The position numbers were made by a program, and so were the translations under genes. DNA of 64,000 bases from Eledone cirrhosa (Eukaryota): assembly GCA_964016885.1 (NCBI GenBank), contig OZ024761.1, forward strand, positions 27,342,001 through 27,406,000, written 5' to 3'. Under the pieces are notes generated by a model. The model did not search any database, was not told the origin of the DNA, and worked only from the letters and a program-made list of their open reading frames with translations. The stretch's first letter is position 1; every line of letters starts with the position of its first letter. This document shows positions 44,826 to 59,483 of this stretch, one piece after another.

Positions 44826-44978
44826 AATTATTATTTCTGTTATATACATACTTATTTTTTTTTCTTATCGTTATTATTATTTTTTCATTTTTTTTTCTTT
44901 TTTTTTTTTCAATAAAAATTTTAGCTGTCTTGCAGAGAATTGAAATTACCATTTTACTTACTTTGAAATCTTCGTTGT

Positions 44979-45054
<76 letters not shown>

Positions 45055-45131
45055 TTATATATTTATATATATATATATTTATATATTCATATATATATTT
45101 ATATATTTATATATTTATATTTATATATACT

Positions 45132-45218
<87 letters not shown>

Positions 45219-45320
45219 TTAATATAGATGAGATTCTACAGGACTAGAACTGTTTCATTCATTAGAAATCATCAGGAATATATATATACATGTGTATATA
45301 CATACATATATATATATATT

Positions 45321-45471
<151 letters not shown>

Positions 45472-45560
45472 AATATATAAAACATAAAATACATAAATAT
45501 ATATAAAAAATATAGATATATGTAAGTATATAGGTATATATATATATATATATATATATA

Positions 45561-45662
<102 letters not shown>

Positions 45663-45690
45663 TATTTATATATATATATATAAATATATT

Positions 45691-45727
<37 letters not shown>

Positions 45728-45938
45728 ATATATATATATACCTATATACTTATATATATCTATATTTTTTATATATATTTATGTATTTTGTATGTTTTAT
45801 ATATTTTATACATTATTTAGAATCAGAAATTTAAAGTAAGATGATGGGAAATATATTTTGGGCACAAAAATAAGAAAAAAAAAACAAACATTAACAGAAA
45901 AACAATAAAAAATAACAAAACAAAGCACCCAATAGACT

Positions 45939-45973
<35 letters not shown>

Positions 45974-47473
45974 CAACAACAACAAGAACAATGATAATAA
46001 CAATGACAATAATAACAACAATAACAGACAATGGTTGAATGAGTGAACGAATATAAGAAAATGAATTTGAAACAAATTAAAAGATGGCTGCTACTCGCTT
46101 TCTCTCTCAGGTTCTCTCTCTTTCGCTCCCTTTTTTTCTCTCTCTCGTTCTCTCTCTCTCTTTATCTCTATCCCTTTCTCTCTCTCTCTCTCTCTCTCCC
46201 CCTGTCTCTTTCGTTCGCTCTCTGTCTCTCACTATTCTCACCAACAGCACCGCCACCACCAACAATCAACACCTCCACCACCAACACTATTTACAACACC
46301 ATCACCACCTCATCAACAGCATTACCAACACAACTACCACCACCATCACCAAAAACAACGACACCACCACCACCACCAATGCCACTACCAACAATAAGAA
46401 CACCACCATCACCAAAAACAACGACACCGCCATAACCACCACGACCACTACCAACACAACTACCAGCAATAAGAACACCACCATCACCAAAACCAACAAC
46501 ACCACCACCATAACCCCCCTCCAACCACTACCCTAACCACCATATCAACCACCACCACCACCATCACGATCACCATTACCACCACCACCACCATAACCAC
46601 CATCAACACCACCACAACCAGCACTATCACCACCACCACCACCACCATCACCACAGCCACTACCAACAACAACAACAACAACAACAACGAAAGCAACTAC
46701 CGAGCAAGACAACAATCTCGAAAGCCAAAATATTGCCGCCGTGCATGCAGAGAGCTTGCAATGTCATGTCCCCTAAATAACAGCCGCAGGGGCTGCTTGT
46801 TGTTCCTTAATCCAAGATGGATGTTTACTAAACCCTGCAGAATCTTGTTATCTGCAGCTCTTCAAATAAATAAGATGGCTGTGTAAGTAGCATTCATCCA
46901 GCTAAAACCAGCTAAAACCAGCTAAAACATATAAAGCCATTCCTTGTGTTGTTGGATATGCTTCCAGCATAGTATTGCGAGCGCATGCACACACATACAC
47001 ACATACAAACACATACAAACACACACTCACACATACACAAACACATATACACACACACATGTACACACGTACGAACGTACACATACGCGCACACACATAT
47101 ACACATAAGTACACATATACACATAAGTACACATGTACACATATGCACGCCTACGAGTCCACATAATCATATACACATACACATATACACATAAGTACAC
47201 TTGCACACATACGTACAAACCTATGCACACCCACGTGTCCACAAACATATACACACACACACATACACATAAGTATACTGGCACACATGCTTACAAGTAC
47301 ACATAAACATATGCACGCTTACGTGTCCACAAAAACATACATACACACACACAGGCACACTTATCATGCACTGAGGTTATTTCATGTAGTTATGTAATCG
47401 TAATGAGATGTGAAAATGGTATAACATGTAGTGAAATCACTTGTGGTAACATCACATGACGAGATATTATCAC

Positions 47474-47875
47474 ATGTTATCCTATGTTACATGGATATGT
47501 CATAACATGTAACCATGTAAAGATGTTATCCCATGTGGCCAAGCTTTCTGGACATGTTATCCTACATGGAGATGTCATAATATGTAACCACGTAAAGATG
47601 TTATCCCACGTGGCCTTGCTTTCTAGTCATGTTATCCTACATGGAGATGTCATAACATGTAACCATGTAAAGATGTTATCCCACGTGGCCTTGCTTTCTG
47701 GGCATGTTATCCTACATGGAGATGTCATAATATGTAACCACGTAAAGATGTTATCCCACGTGGCCATGCTTTCTAGCCATGTTATCCTACATGGAGATGT
47801 CATAACATGTAACCATGTAAAAATGTTATCCCACGTGGCCTTGCTTTCTGGACATGTTATCCTACGCGGACATCA
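47474..47875. repeat. 75 bp minisatellite, ~5 units, CATG/CACGTG-rich
   Basis: Unit CATGTTATCCTACATGGAGATGTCATAAYATGTAACCAYGTAAAGATGTTATCCCACGTGGCCWTGCTTTCTRGN. Confidence 0.9.
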
Positions 47876-48334
47876 TTAACCCGTGTAGAGATGTTGCCCC
47901 ATGTCACGATGCTCACACGTGCAAGTCATGTTATCACATGTGGTGGTGACATAACATCTAGACATGTTACCGCACGTGGACAGGTTATCACATGAGATGT
48001 GAGCCCACGTGGTAACATGTGGCAACAAACACACAAAGAGTTCCTGGCAATCCGTTACAGTAAAAAGATTGATGTTGCTGTACAGAAACATGTAGATTCC
48101 TTAATTAAATTTAATTAATCTAAATACGGGTGGGTGGGTGGTTTGTGGTGGTGGCGGGGGTGGTGAAAGTTTCTTCCATGACTTCCTAGGAATAATTAAT
48201 CATTACGATAATAATTACTTTTTTCTCATTATTACGATTGTGATTTTAATTAATTAAAAACAAACAAAGAATTCTCCTTGTTTCCCTGCGTTAATTATGT
48301 CTGGCGTCCATTTTGGTATAAGTTACATACAGTT

Positions 48335-48615
48335 AAGGTTTACTATTGCTGTTAGCGTTTGCTTTACTCACGTGGGTTCGATTCCTGTACTGGCGGGTGT
48401 GTTGCGTCTTGTGCAAAAAACACCCCATTTCATGTTGCTCCAACTCACTCACTCAGCTGAAAATGACTGTACAAGCTGAAGAGTTAACCCTGTGACAAAC
48501 TGGCGTCCTATGCAGCATGAAGAAGTCTTGTACTTTCAGTCGTTTAACACCGAAGAATCCTGGACGAGTACTGGCCTAAAGAGCCTCCATGTTTGGGGGC
48601 AGACTTTAATTTTTT
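48335..48615 (+). mobile_element. Degenerate tRNA-derived SINE (related to the 8024 type)
   Basis: GGTTCGATTCC B box, then GTCTTGTGCAAAAAACAC..ATTTCATGTTGCTCC and CCCTGTGACAAACTGGCGTCC. Confidence 0.6.
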
Positions 48616-48714
48616 ACACACAGTTAAGGGTTACCATTTTTGCTAGCGTCCGTTTTATATCTTTTCTTCCATTTATCGGAACGGTTGTACATTTTACGTT
48701 ATCACAGATTAAAA

Positions 48715-48950
48715 GGTTGGCTCTGATTTTCTACCTGTCTGTTTATGGAGTTGAGGGTTGTTCTATCGACGGGGTATTAAACAACCCATTTGTTGCGCTG
48801 CCCCCCTATTGGGGATTTCGATTGTTGTAATTGTTTGTTTTATATTTTTTACACGACTGTATGTAAAATCCCCGGCATGTCTTTGTATTGTCCCTTTTTC
48901 TTGTGCACCCTTGTGGCAAATAAAGAAATCTATCTATCTATCTATCTATC
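48715..48950 (+). mobile_element. Tx1-type 3' UTR fragment with (TCTA)n tail
   Basis: CCCCTATTGGGG hairpin and CCCTTGTGGCAAATAAAGAAA(TCTA)n, as in the two downstream copies. Confidence 0.75.
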
Positions 48951-51633
48951 TCTCTTGAGGCAATTAGAAGTGGCAACGTAGCCAGCGTGGTAGCAACGAG
49001 AATGGCCTTGGACCAGTTCTTCGACGCAAAGCACGAGGGCTGCGTTGTCAGAAGCAAAATACGTGCTCTGGGAAACAAGGGAGCCAAAGCTGTTAGCTGG
49101 GCCCGAGAGACGGAGGCAAAAAGTGGCAACAAGTCCACGATTCGGTCTTTGAAGGACCAAGACGGACGCGTGATACGTGGGCCGAAGCAGATATGTGCGG
49201 CCTTTCAGTAGCATTTTACTCAACTGCTCGGGCAGGGCGGCGCGCCGGGAGGACAGCGAGGTGAAGTTCTGCGAAAGGCCGATTTCAGCCGCTGAGATAG
49301 GGGACGCGCTGAGCCAATGCGGTAAACGCAAATCTCCAGGTCTCGTCGGTCTACCCTACGAATTTTACGTAACAATGCCAGACTTATTCTCCGGTCTCCT
49401 GGAAGCGGTCTACTGCAACTAGCAACAGAACGGGAGAATTCCCAGTTCTGTGACCGGGGGCGTAGTCACACTAGTCAGGAAGGACGAGAATAGGGGGATG
49501 ACATAGGCAACTTCCGGCCCATAACTCTGCTAAACACAGAGTTACAGATTTTGGCCAAGATGTTGGCAAAGAGGCTGGCGCTTGTCGAGAACCTGGTGGG
49601 AGAAGCGCAGACATGCGCAATCCCGACCAGGTCCATACACGACGACCTCCGCCTCATGCGATACATCATAGAGACGGTAGGGTGTAAACCGGGCTTCGGT
49701 GGGGCCCTGATCAACTTGGATCAGTCTAAGGCTTTCGATAGGGTTGACCATCGTTACCTGGATGCGGTGCTAGAGGCGGCAGGCTTCGGACCCGTGTTCA
49801 GGGGCTGGATTGCTGCACTGCACAACAGCAACATCTGCTCAAGGGTCAAGGTGAACGGCAACCTCTCGGAGCCGTTCCATATCACGCGATCCATTCGACA
49901 GGGATGCCCTCTCTTCTCCCTTCTGTACGTACTGATTCTCGAGCCACTACTGCGGAAGTTGGAGCTATTGAAGGGAATCCCTCTGGAATCGGGACTGCGG
50001 AAAGCGGCGTCGGCCTACGCCGACGACGTGACAGTAATGGTGTCGAACGCCTCGCAAATCGAGGAAGTCGGCACCTTACTGAAAGAATACGAAAGGTTCA
50101 CAGGAGCGAAGCTGAACCGGGACAAGTCCATCGGTTTGCAACTCGGATCATGGAGAGGCAGGCCGATGCCTTCCGATGGCGTCGTCGGACGCTGGACGGA
50201 AGGACCGGTAAAGCTGCTCGGGGTCTGGTTTGGTCCGGACCTCCAGGTGGAGAAGTCCTGGAACGAGGTGACGGCCAAGGTGTTTGCACTCACACAGAAG
50301 TGGGCCGAGTGAAAACTATCCTTGAAAGGTCGAGCGGAGGTGGCGAACACTTTTATAGCGTCCGCCATCTACTACCGCTTGACCGTTGTGCCTTGTCCAG
50401 CCAAAACGCTCGCCAAAATGGAGCGCGCGCTCTTCCGATTCCTTTGGAAGAGGCGGGCTCCTTTGGTGAGAAGATCCATCTGCTGCCAACACCCTTCTAA
50501 CGGGGGGCTGGGGATGCCGTGGTTGACGATGCGCAAACGCGCTCAGGCTGCGGCATCTCTACGTATTCCTCACCGGACAACCGGTGTGGGCCCCGTTCGT
50601 GAGGCGAGCCTTCCCACGACTCGTCTCGCTGACCGAGCTGCAGTCCTGGGTCAAGCAGAGACCGAGGAAAATGGGCGACTGGCACATCGAATGTGCTCAG
50701 GCGCTCACAGCCCTCTGGCAGGCGGACCCGGCGATCAGTGGAGACTCCACTTCGTCATTCTATAGAGGGTTGGTCCGCAGCAAGTGCGACGACGCGCTCG
50801 GTGAAACTCTAGGCGTAGAGGAAGACGAACTGGCCAGTCTGTTCGGTAGGACCTTCCGCCCGGAACCGATGGACAACTTCCAAAAGTACCTGGCCTGGCA
50901 GCGCTACCGAGGAGCTCTACCAGTTCGAGACAAGCTCTACAGCAATGGGTGCCCGGGCAGGGAGCCTGCAAAAAAGATCTGTCCGAGGTGCGTGCGGGAC
51001 GAAAGAAACCGTCGCGCACGCATTCATACACTGCCAGGGCGTTACCGACATGTGGGGCTATGTAGAACCACTATTGTCGCGGGTGGGACCAATCCGGTTG
51101 ACCACCGAGTCAATTGTCATGATCAAACCGCCACCCTCCTTCAAAAACGAAGGAGAGGCGGTTTTCCTTTGTGTGATAGCTCTGGCGAAAGAGGTTATAT
51201 GGTGGACAAGTTTGAAAGGGCTGAGGTCAGACACCTTTCTCTCCGGCCAACAACTGATTCTTTTTTTTAAATACCACTTTGGAAGAAGAATCAGGATGGA
51301 GAGAGAGGTGCTGTACCCCAGCACGTTTTATGAAAGGTGGGTGAAAGTGGCGAGAATGGCCCGAGTGAATGGGCCTTCTCTCTATATCAGCCTGTAGGTC
51401 GAGGAAAAAGAGGAGTGGAAAGGAGTACAAACTCTTCGTACTCCTGGAGATGAGGGTTGCACATTTTTTTCGGGGGTATGTGTTACCCATATGTAATGTC
51501 TCCCCCTATTGGGGGAAATCGATTAACTTTTAAATTGTATTTGTGATAGTATTTTACACGTTTTTATTGTATGTAAACTTCCCCCTTTGTATTTGTCCCC
51601 TTCTTTTGTGCCCCTGTGGCTAATAAAGAAATA

Positions 51634-51680
<47 letters not shown>
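48951..51680 (+). mobile_element. Tx1/L1-clade LINE, 5'-truncated, ORF2 disrupted
   Basis: KSPGLVGLPYEFY, NFRPITLLN, LDQSKAFDRVDH, IRQGCPL, AYADDV, KLLGVWF, GGLGMP and CPRC..ETVAHAFIHC, ending in AATAAA and a (TCTA)n tail. Confidence 0.92.
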
Positions 51681-51682
<2 letters not shown>

Positions 51683-52868
51683 CACTCACCGAGCTGCAAT
51701 CCTGGGTCAAGCAAAGACCGAGAAAACTGGGCGCCTGGCACACCGAGTGTGCCCATTCGCTCACGGCTCTCTGGCAGGCGGACCCGACTCTCAGTGGAGA
51801 ATCCACCTCGTCATTCTATAGAGGGCTGGTGGTTAGCAGGTGCGACGACGCCCTCGGAGAAGCCCTAGGCATGGAGGAAGACGAACTGGCCAACCTGTTC
51901 GGTAGGACATTCAGCCCGGGACCCATGGATAACTTCCAGAGGTCCCTGGCCTGGCAGTGCTACAGAGGGGCTCTGCCCGTTCGAGAAAGGCTCTACAGAC
52001 ACGGGCACCCGGGTAGGGACCCCTCGAAAAAGATCTGTCCCAGATGCGTGTGCGACGAGGAAACCGTTGCACACGCATTGGTACACTGCTCGGGCATTGC
52101 TGATCTGTGAGGCTATGTCGAACAACTGCTGTCAAGAGTGGGACCGATCCGGTTGACCACCGAGTCTATTGTAACGATCAAGCCGCCTCCCCTCTTCAAA
52201 AACGAAGGAGAGGCGGTGTTTCTGTGCGTAATAGCCATGGCGAAAGAGGTTGTATGGTGGACGCGTCTGAAAGGACTGAGGTTAGACACCTTTCTCTCTG
52301 GCCAACAACTGGTCCGTTTCTTCCGATATCATTTCGGAAGAAGGATCAGGATGGAGAGAGAGGTGCTGCACCCCAGCCATTTTTATGAAAGATGGGTGAA
52401 AGTGGCGAGAATGGCCCGTGTGAATGGGTCTTCACTCTACATCAGACTATAGGTGAGGAAGATGAAAGACCAAGGGAGCACCCCTTCTCTGTGCTCCTGA
52501 GGAAAAGGGTTGCACACTTTTTTTCGGGGGTGTGTGCGACCCCCCAAGGCGCCTCCTCTCTATTGAGGATTTTGTTATAAATTTTATTCTGTTATATTTT
52601 ATTTTATTTTTATATTTTGTTATTGCCTCCTCCTTATTGAGGACGCCTTGTTTTGTAAACTCCCCCCATTGTACTTGTCTCACTTTTGATGCCCTGGTGG
52701 CAAATAAAAGAAACATATCTATCTACCTACCTGTCTATCTATCTGTCTATCTCACTCCCTACCTACTTACCTACCTACCTACCTACCTACCTACATATTT
52801 ACTTACTTACCTATCTACTTACCTACCAATCTACCTACCTATCTACCTATCCATCTATCTATCTATCC
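51681..52868 (+). mobile_element. Second Tx1/L1-clade LINE copy (related subfamily), 5'-truncated
   Basis: Homologous to 50625-51397. CPRCVCDEETVAHALVHC, followed by a degenerate (TCTA/CCTA)n tail. Confidence 0.9.
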
Positions 52869-53819
52869 ACTCACCCTGTATTTGCTTCTGCGCTCTGAGT
52901 TCAAATGCCACCAAGATTAACTTTGACTTTCATCCATTCGCCGTCGATATATAAAGTTACAGTCCAGGACATCAATTGCGATACCATCTGATAACTTTTG
53001 CGGTTGTTTTGCGATCTGAATTCTCCTGATAAGTCACTGGTGCCAAGCTATACTAGTGTTTGCTTTTTTTCCTTGGCCAAATCGACGCTATAGAGAAGGT
53101 TACTTCACAAATATAGTCAACTTGTGATCTTTTAGCCACCACATGTAAAATCACTGGTGGAATCAAATAACCACCAGGCAGATTCAGCCCCTAACCGCAC
53201 CTCTATTAGATTTTGCATTATTCAAATAACAACAAATTTTTAAAACATTGATTTTAAAATGTGTTGAAGGTCCTTCACATCGTATTAAATTTTCACTTAA
53301 TTTAGATGCGTAAAATTAGTGAAATTTAACAAAGTTTTCTTTGAAAATCACGAAAATTTGCAAATTACAACAGAATCAGTGTCATCAGAAATTCTAAATT
53401 TTCGAGAAACAAAATTTTAAATCATCGCGACGTATAAAATATACCGAGGCCTCCTTGAAGAGATAGAAAGAGTGAGAGATAGAGAGAGTGAGAGATATAA
53501 AGAGTGAGAGAGAGAGGGGGGAAAGAGAGAGAGAAAGAGAAAGAGAGAGTGAGAGTGAGAGAGTGAGAGAAGATAATAAAAATGGTTTATATGGTGGTTT
53601 AAGAGGAAACAGATAAGAGAATTAGACCAAAAACGCAGACTTACACACACTTACTAATCAATGAACTAGACAGAAAAGATAACGATGGAATTTTATACAC
53701 GTATAAGATTGATACTTAAAACAGATCGAAATGCAAAAGATAAGATAATAGGCGTCAATATTGGAGCGGTTCTTGAAATAATGATAGTTATAATAAACAG
53801 AGAAACACGAAAACATAAT

Positions 53820-54680
53820 CATTGAATTTAAAATACAACATCGAAAAACTGTTATAACGAAATGACATTTATGGGAAAATAAGGAGGTAGCGGCCTTATG
53901 CAATTAGTAAACTATTATAAAATATCCACAGCTACATTCTTAAAATTATCTAGTAAAGAATAATGGAAAACTAATAGAAAACATTACAACAGCAACAATG
54001 CAGAACTGTTCTTTGAAGCCAAGAAATATAAAAAAACAAAAAACAAAAAACCGCGGCTAAAATGGCAGACAGTTATGAAAAAAAGTGGAAACAACAAGCT
54101 TAAAAACGAAGTGAAGACATCGAAGTGTAGAATGTCATGTCAGTGAGATGGCGAGAAAACATTGACAAATAATTGAAAAATATAGAAAACTAATTAAAAG
54201 CAAACAGGGTGGAAATAGACAGCGAGAAATTTCACCACTGTCTGAGAAGCAGATGACTTGAAACTGTGATCAAATAATATTTGGTTGTAGCGAAGGATCA
54301 AAGCATCTGTAACAAAAAAAAAAAACGACCAAATTCATGAAATGAAGCAGAAGACGAAGAGGCTGAAAAATATGTAATAACTAACAACATGAGATCTGTT
54401 TGTTAAAAGGAGAGAGGATAGGATTAGGATTTACATGCACTGGAAGTTGTACTAGGATTGTGAAATATCAACAAAAGAGATGTTGTATAAACAAACAACA
54501 TGGAAAGGTCTCAAGGATTAATAAACAACTGCTCTCTGAGATACTTCAATGCACACAGACAGGGGATCAAGGTTAATTGACCAAATTCAATCAAAAGAGG
54601 AAATGGCCCCTAATTGATGTATCTCTTCCAACAGACGATAACGTATCTCTCAAAGAAATGGAGAAATTATCCAAATACAA
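53820..54680 (+). pseudogene. Old R4-like non-LTR relic
   Basis: Fragments GGSGLMQLVNYYK, IYMHWKL and LIDVSLPTDDNVSLKEMEKLSKY match the R4 thumb and RLE regions. Confidence 0.65.
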
Positions 54681-54824
54681 TTGCATCAACAACAGCAATA
54701 ACAATAGCAACAACAACTACAACACAGTGTCAACTACAAACATCAGCTGTGACAACCACTACAACACAGTGTCAACTACAATATCAGCTGTGTGAACTAC
54801 AATAATAGCAATGGTGGGTATGTC

Positions 54825-55040
54825 AACAACAACAACACTTCACAACAATGCAGACCACTACAACAACAACAACTGTGGCAATGACAATAACAACAACAAC
54901 ACTTCACAACAATGCAAACCACTACAACACCACCACTTCACAACAATGCAGACCACTACAACAACACCACCACTTCACAACAATGCAGACCACTACAACA
55001 ACAACAACACTTCACAACAATGCATACCACTACAACAACT
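54825..55040. repeat. ~30-33 bp minisatellite (CACTTCACAACAATGCAGACCACTACAAC)
   Basis: Five degenerate units. Confidence 0.8.
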
Positions 55041-55201
55041 GTGGCAATTACAACAGCAACAACAACAACAGCAACAACGACTGAAACAGTGAATATTTTC
55101 AAGACATATTTGAACCAAATGTTAATACCTTCGTCTATGTGTGTGTTTATATGTGTGTATGTGTGTATGTTGGTGCTACTGGCAACATGTATGTGTGTAT
55201 G

Positions 55202-55786
55202 TTGGTGCTACTGGTAACATGTATGCCAGTACAACCTGTCCCATGGTCGTTGGCGACTAAACTGGCAACTCCACCAAGGTTTCTTGGTGAGGAGGGTGAC
55301 TTTGGACATCCTGCAGGACTAAAAACAAAACCTGTCAAAGAGCAAAGGAGCTCTTAAGAGTCAATGGCCATCCAAAATCACCGGGAGAGATGACCCCTTA
55401 GCCTTTGTCAAGGCAGAATTCTAGGAGAAGGAAAACTCTGATATAACACCTGCAACCCTGATGGTATCCAATGATGTTGACTTGTTCTTCTTTTTGGTAA
55501 ATATCATCTTGGTTAAGAGAGTGGGATTGGCTTTGTGCAGTGCCTTTTCTCACTATAAAAGCTTCACTGCACAGGCATTGCTTTATATCTGGAGATCTCT
55601 CTGCACTTGTCGTCACATGGTACCATGGGCCCAGCACTATGTGTCAGTAATTGTCACAAGTGTAGTGTTTGTACCAGAGTTTTCAAGTCGCTGGGTGGAC
55701 TAAAAATTCACACTCGTTCAACGCATCGGTAGAAGTTCTCCTACATGGATATAAAGTAGTGGCCGTACTCGAAAACGAGTTGGCAG
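55202..55786 (+). mobile_element. ~600 bp non-autonomous RTE-derived element, copy 2
   Basis: Reverse complement of 3343-3932. Encodes HKCSVCTRVFKSLGGLKIHTRSTH near the 3' end. The first ~22 nt are duplicated at 55170. Confidence 0.7.
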
Positions 55787-55878
55787 TTTGTGTGTATTTC
55801 CAACTTCAACTATCTTCATTTTCTATTTCTTTCTCCCTCGCTTTCTCTTTCTTTTTCACTTTTCACACACACACACAC

Positions 55879-55909
<31 letters not shown>

Positions 55910-55999
55910 TATATAATAATAATGTGCATGTGTAAGTGCCTGCCTATGTATATATATGTGTAAGTGTATGCACATGTTTATATATATGTGAGTGTATGC

Positions 56000-56119
<120 letters not shown>

Positions 56120-56279
56120 GTGTGTGTGTTTATGTGTTGTTAAGTGAGAGAAAGAGATAGAACGAAAGCTGGAGAGCGATCTGATCTGATCTCATTCTTT
56201 CTCTCTCTCTCTCCAACTGTCACCCCTCTCTCTCTCTCTCTCTCTGACTCTCTGACTCTTCTCTCATACTCCTCCCCTC

Positions 56280-56310
<31 letters not shown>

Positions 56311-56635
56311 TCTCTCTCGGTCTCTCACATGCGACCACACAGCTTTTCCTGAGATCTTCTATATTCTGTTGTGTCTCTTCGAATCTGTTTTAAATTCTTT
56401 TTCATGTTTCATTAAACTTCTATTATGGTAAGTTTTGGGACGAACGATTCGGTGAGAGTTTCCTTCCTAAAGACAAAGAACAGAATTGTCTTTCAGAATT
56501 TTTGCTTTAAAAAAAGAATGAAATCAAACATCCACCAATATTTCGATTTTCATTCGGTTTAGTTGCTTCTCTTTATTATTTCCCCTTTAATTATGATCCT
56601 TCATATACATGTCTGTAGACACACACACACACACA

Positions 56636-56705
<70 letters not shown>

Positions 56706-56804
56706 CACACATACGTACACATACACACACACGCATAAATGTACACATATACACACACATATAAATACATGTCTGCATTCACACAAACATGCACATACAC
56801 ACAC

Positions 56805-56880
<76 letters not shown>

Positions 56881-56998
56881 GTCTGCACACACAATACACA
56901 CACACACACGGATATATATATATACACGTCTGCACACACACAAACACCTACACATACACACTCTCTCTCCTCTCTTTTTCTCTCATACATACACACAC

Positions 56999-57062
<64 letters not shown>

Positions 57063-57419
57063 TATATATATATATACGTCTGCACACACACAAACACCTA
57101 CACAGACTCTCTCCTACTCCTCCCCTCCTCTCTCTCTCAAACATACACACAATGTGTATTATATGAATCAGATGCACAATAACTATAGAATAGCTGAACA
57201 CATTATCAGACACCTCATAAAAATAGAACAGAGAATGCATTGCACCGAATCATAATTTAGCACAAGTAATATACTACAAAAGCATTAAATATTGGAAAAA
57301 TATTGTATAAAAAATAAAGACATGATTCTTCATTAATAACAAACCAGAAAGCTGCACAACATGAACAAACTATTATTAATAAGCAAACGAAATTTACAAT
57401 TTTAATTGTGAGCGTGGAA

Positions 57420-57780
57420 GTTGTAAACTTAACGTCTCCAATAACACTTTCCCGTCGGTTCGACATGGATTTCCAACAAGGAGTAAATTCTGTTGATTGG
57501 ACAGATATGCATTTCCAGCGAAGAGCAGGACAGATTTTACAGGCCAAAGGTAACTAGCAGGACATGCACTTCTAGTAAAGAGATGGACAGATTTTATGGT
57601 TAAAGGGTAACTAGCAGGACATGCACTTTCAGTAAAGAGTTGGACAGATTTTACAGGCAAAAGCTAACTGGTAGGAGATGCACTTACAGCAAGAGCTAGA
57701 CAGATTTTACGGACAAAAACTAACTGTCAGGAGATACAGAGGTAGATCACGAGCAAGATGGTTTGATAACATCTATAAAG
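57420..57780 (+). mobile_element. RTE-like C-terminal relic with internal ~57 bp tandem amplification
   Basis: Four units of ATGCACTT..AG.AA.GAG..GGACAGATTTTA..GG.AAA..TAACT.G.AGGA. The last reads on as RRYRGRSRARWFDNI. Confidence 0.5.
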
Positions 57781-57924
57781 CTCAGTTGGTTCCTTGCATG
57801 GGGATCAAGCCGGATCATTTGGAGATGGTCTACTCGTGGAAAAACGAAAACTTCCCAAAAACCTACGGTCAGCCTTATCAGTGGGGCAGTTGCTCCCTCC
57901 CATCTGACCCTCTCCAATACCAAT

Positions 57925-58045
57925 CCACAGGCATATACCCAGAGCAGGCCCGTTCACTTGGACCATACTCGCCACTTTCATCCACCTTTAAATAAAATGG
58001 CTGGAAGGCAACACTTTTCTCTTCACCCTGATTTTTCTCTTCAAA
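57925..58045 (-). mobile_element. Tx1-type ORF2 3' fragment
   Basis: Reverse complement aligns with 51278-51397 (AAAGGTGGATGAAAGTGGCGAG..GTGAACGGGCCT). Confidence 0.7.
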
Positions 58046-58236
58046 TAATTGTTTCTACTCATGGCACACGGCCAGCAATTACCCAAGAGCATTACTGCTA
58101 CTTTATTTCATCGATCCTGTAAGGATGAAAGGCAAAGTTAACCTCGTCGAGATTTGAACTCAGATCATAAAGGGTCGTAACTCTTTGCTTGCAAAGCATA
58201 GCGTCAGACCCTCTACCGATACTGCAATCCACCACC
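58045..58236 (-). mobile_element. tRNA-derived SINE
   Basis: Full-length reverse copy. Confidence 0.85.
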
Positions 58237-58244
58237 AAATAATA

Positions 58245-58520
58245 ACGATCTATTGTCTAGTTTAAGCTTATGAGTAACGTGGTTATTTTTTGTAATAATT
58301 ATAGTATCGTGTATTCGCTAGTATTTAATAAATTTTTTATGGTGTTTGTATTTAGGCGTTGGTTGTTAGTACTATTTTCTCTTCTATATTTCATAAAGGG
58401 TTTTCTTTGTTTTATCTGAGAATATGAAAGGTTTTTCTTACTTTGATTGCTTAATCTTCTAAATATCAGAGTTAAGTTTGTTTTACAACATATTGATTAG
58501 TGTAAGTAGGAAAAAAAATT
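58245..58520 (-). pseudogene. Degenerate Naiad-type RT N-terminal fragment
   Basis: Minus strand gives PFIFSDKTKKTLYEI and HKLKLDNR, resembling the ADKT and LxLDxR motifs upstream of the Naiad RT core. Confidence 0.45.
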
Positions 58521-58687
58521 GATGTTGCATATCATATCTGATAAGAAGTTTTCTCAGCCATACAATAACAATTCATAAGAAGCTACTAAGATATTCACGA
58601 AGAGCGGTTGTATTTGTTTGTCTGCTGATTATTAACACATTTCTGAATACAGAGCTTCAGCTCATTACGATGTACAACCATCAACAC

Positions 58688-58921
<234 letters not shown>

Positions 58922-58924
58922 TAA

Positions 58925-59003
<79 letters not shown>

Positions 59004-59076
59004 TATATATATATGTATGTATATATATATGTATATATGTGTGTGTATATGTATATCTGTCTATATGTATATATGG

Positions 59077-59110
<34 letters not shown>

Positions 59111-59179
59111 ATATATATATATATATGTATGTATATATATATGTGTGTGTATATGTATATCTATCTATATGTATATATG

Positions 59180-59225
<46 letters not shown>

Positions 59226-59262
59226 GTGTGTGTATATGTATATCTATCTATATGTATATATG

Positions 59263-59348
<86 letters not shown>

Positions 59349-59365
59349 GTGTGTGTGTATTTGTA

Positions 59366-59440
<75 letters not shown>

Positions 59441-59443
59441 ATA

Positions 59444-59483
<40 letters not shown>

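Noticed and set aside
47484-47879. 131 aa His-rich repeat protein
   Set aside because: Frame preservation follows from the 75 bp unit. There is no evidence of splicing or codon-position bias.
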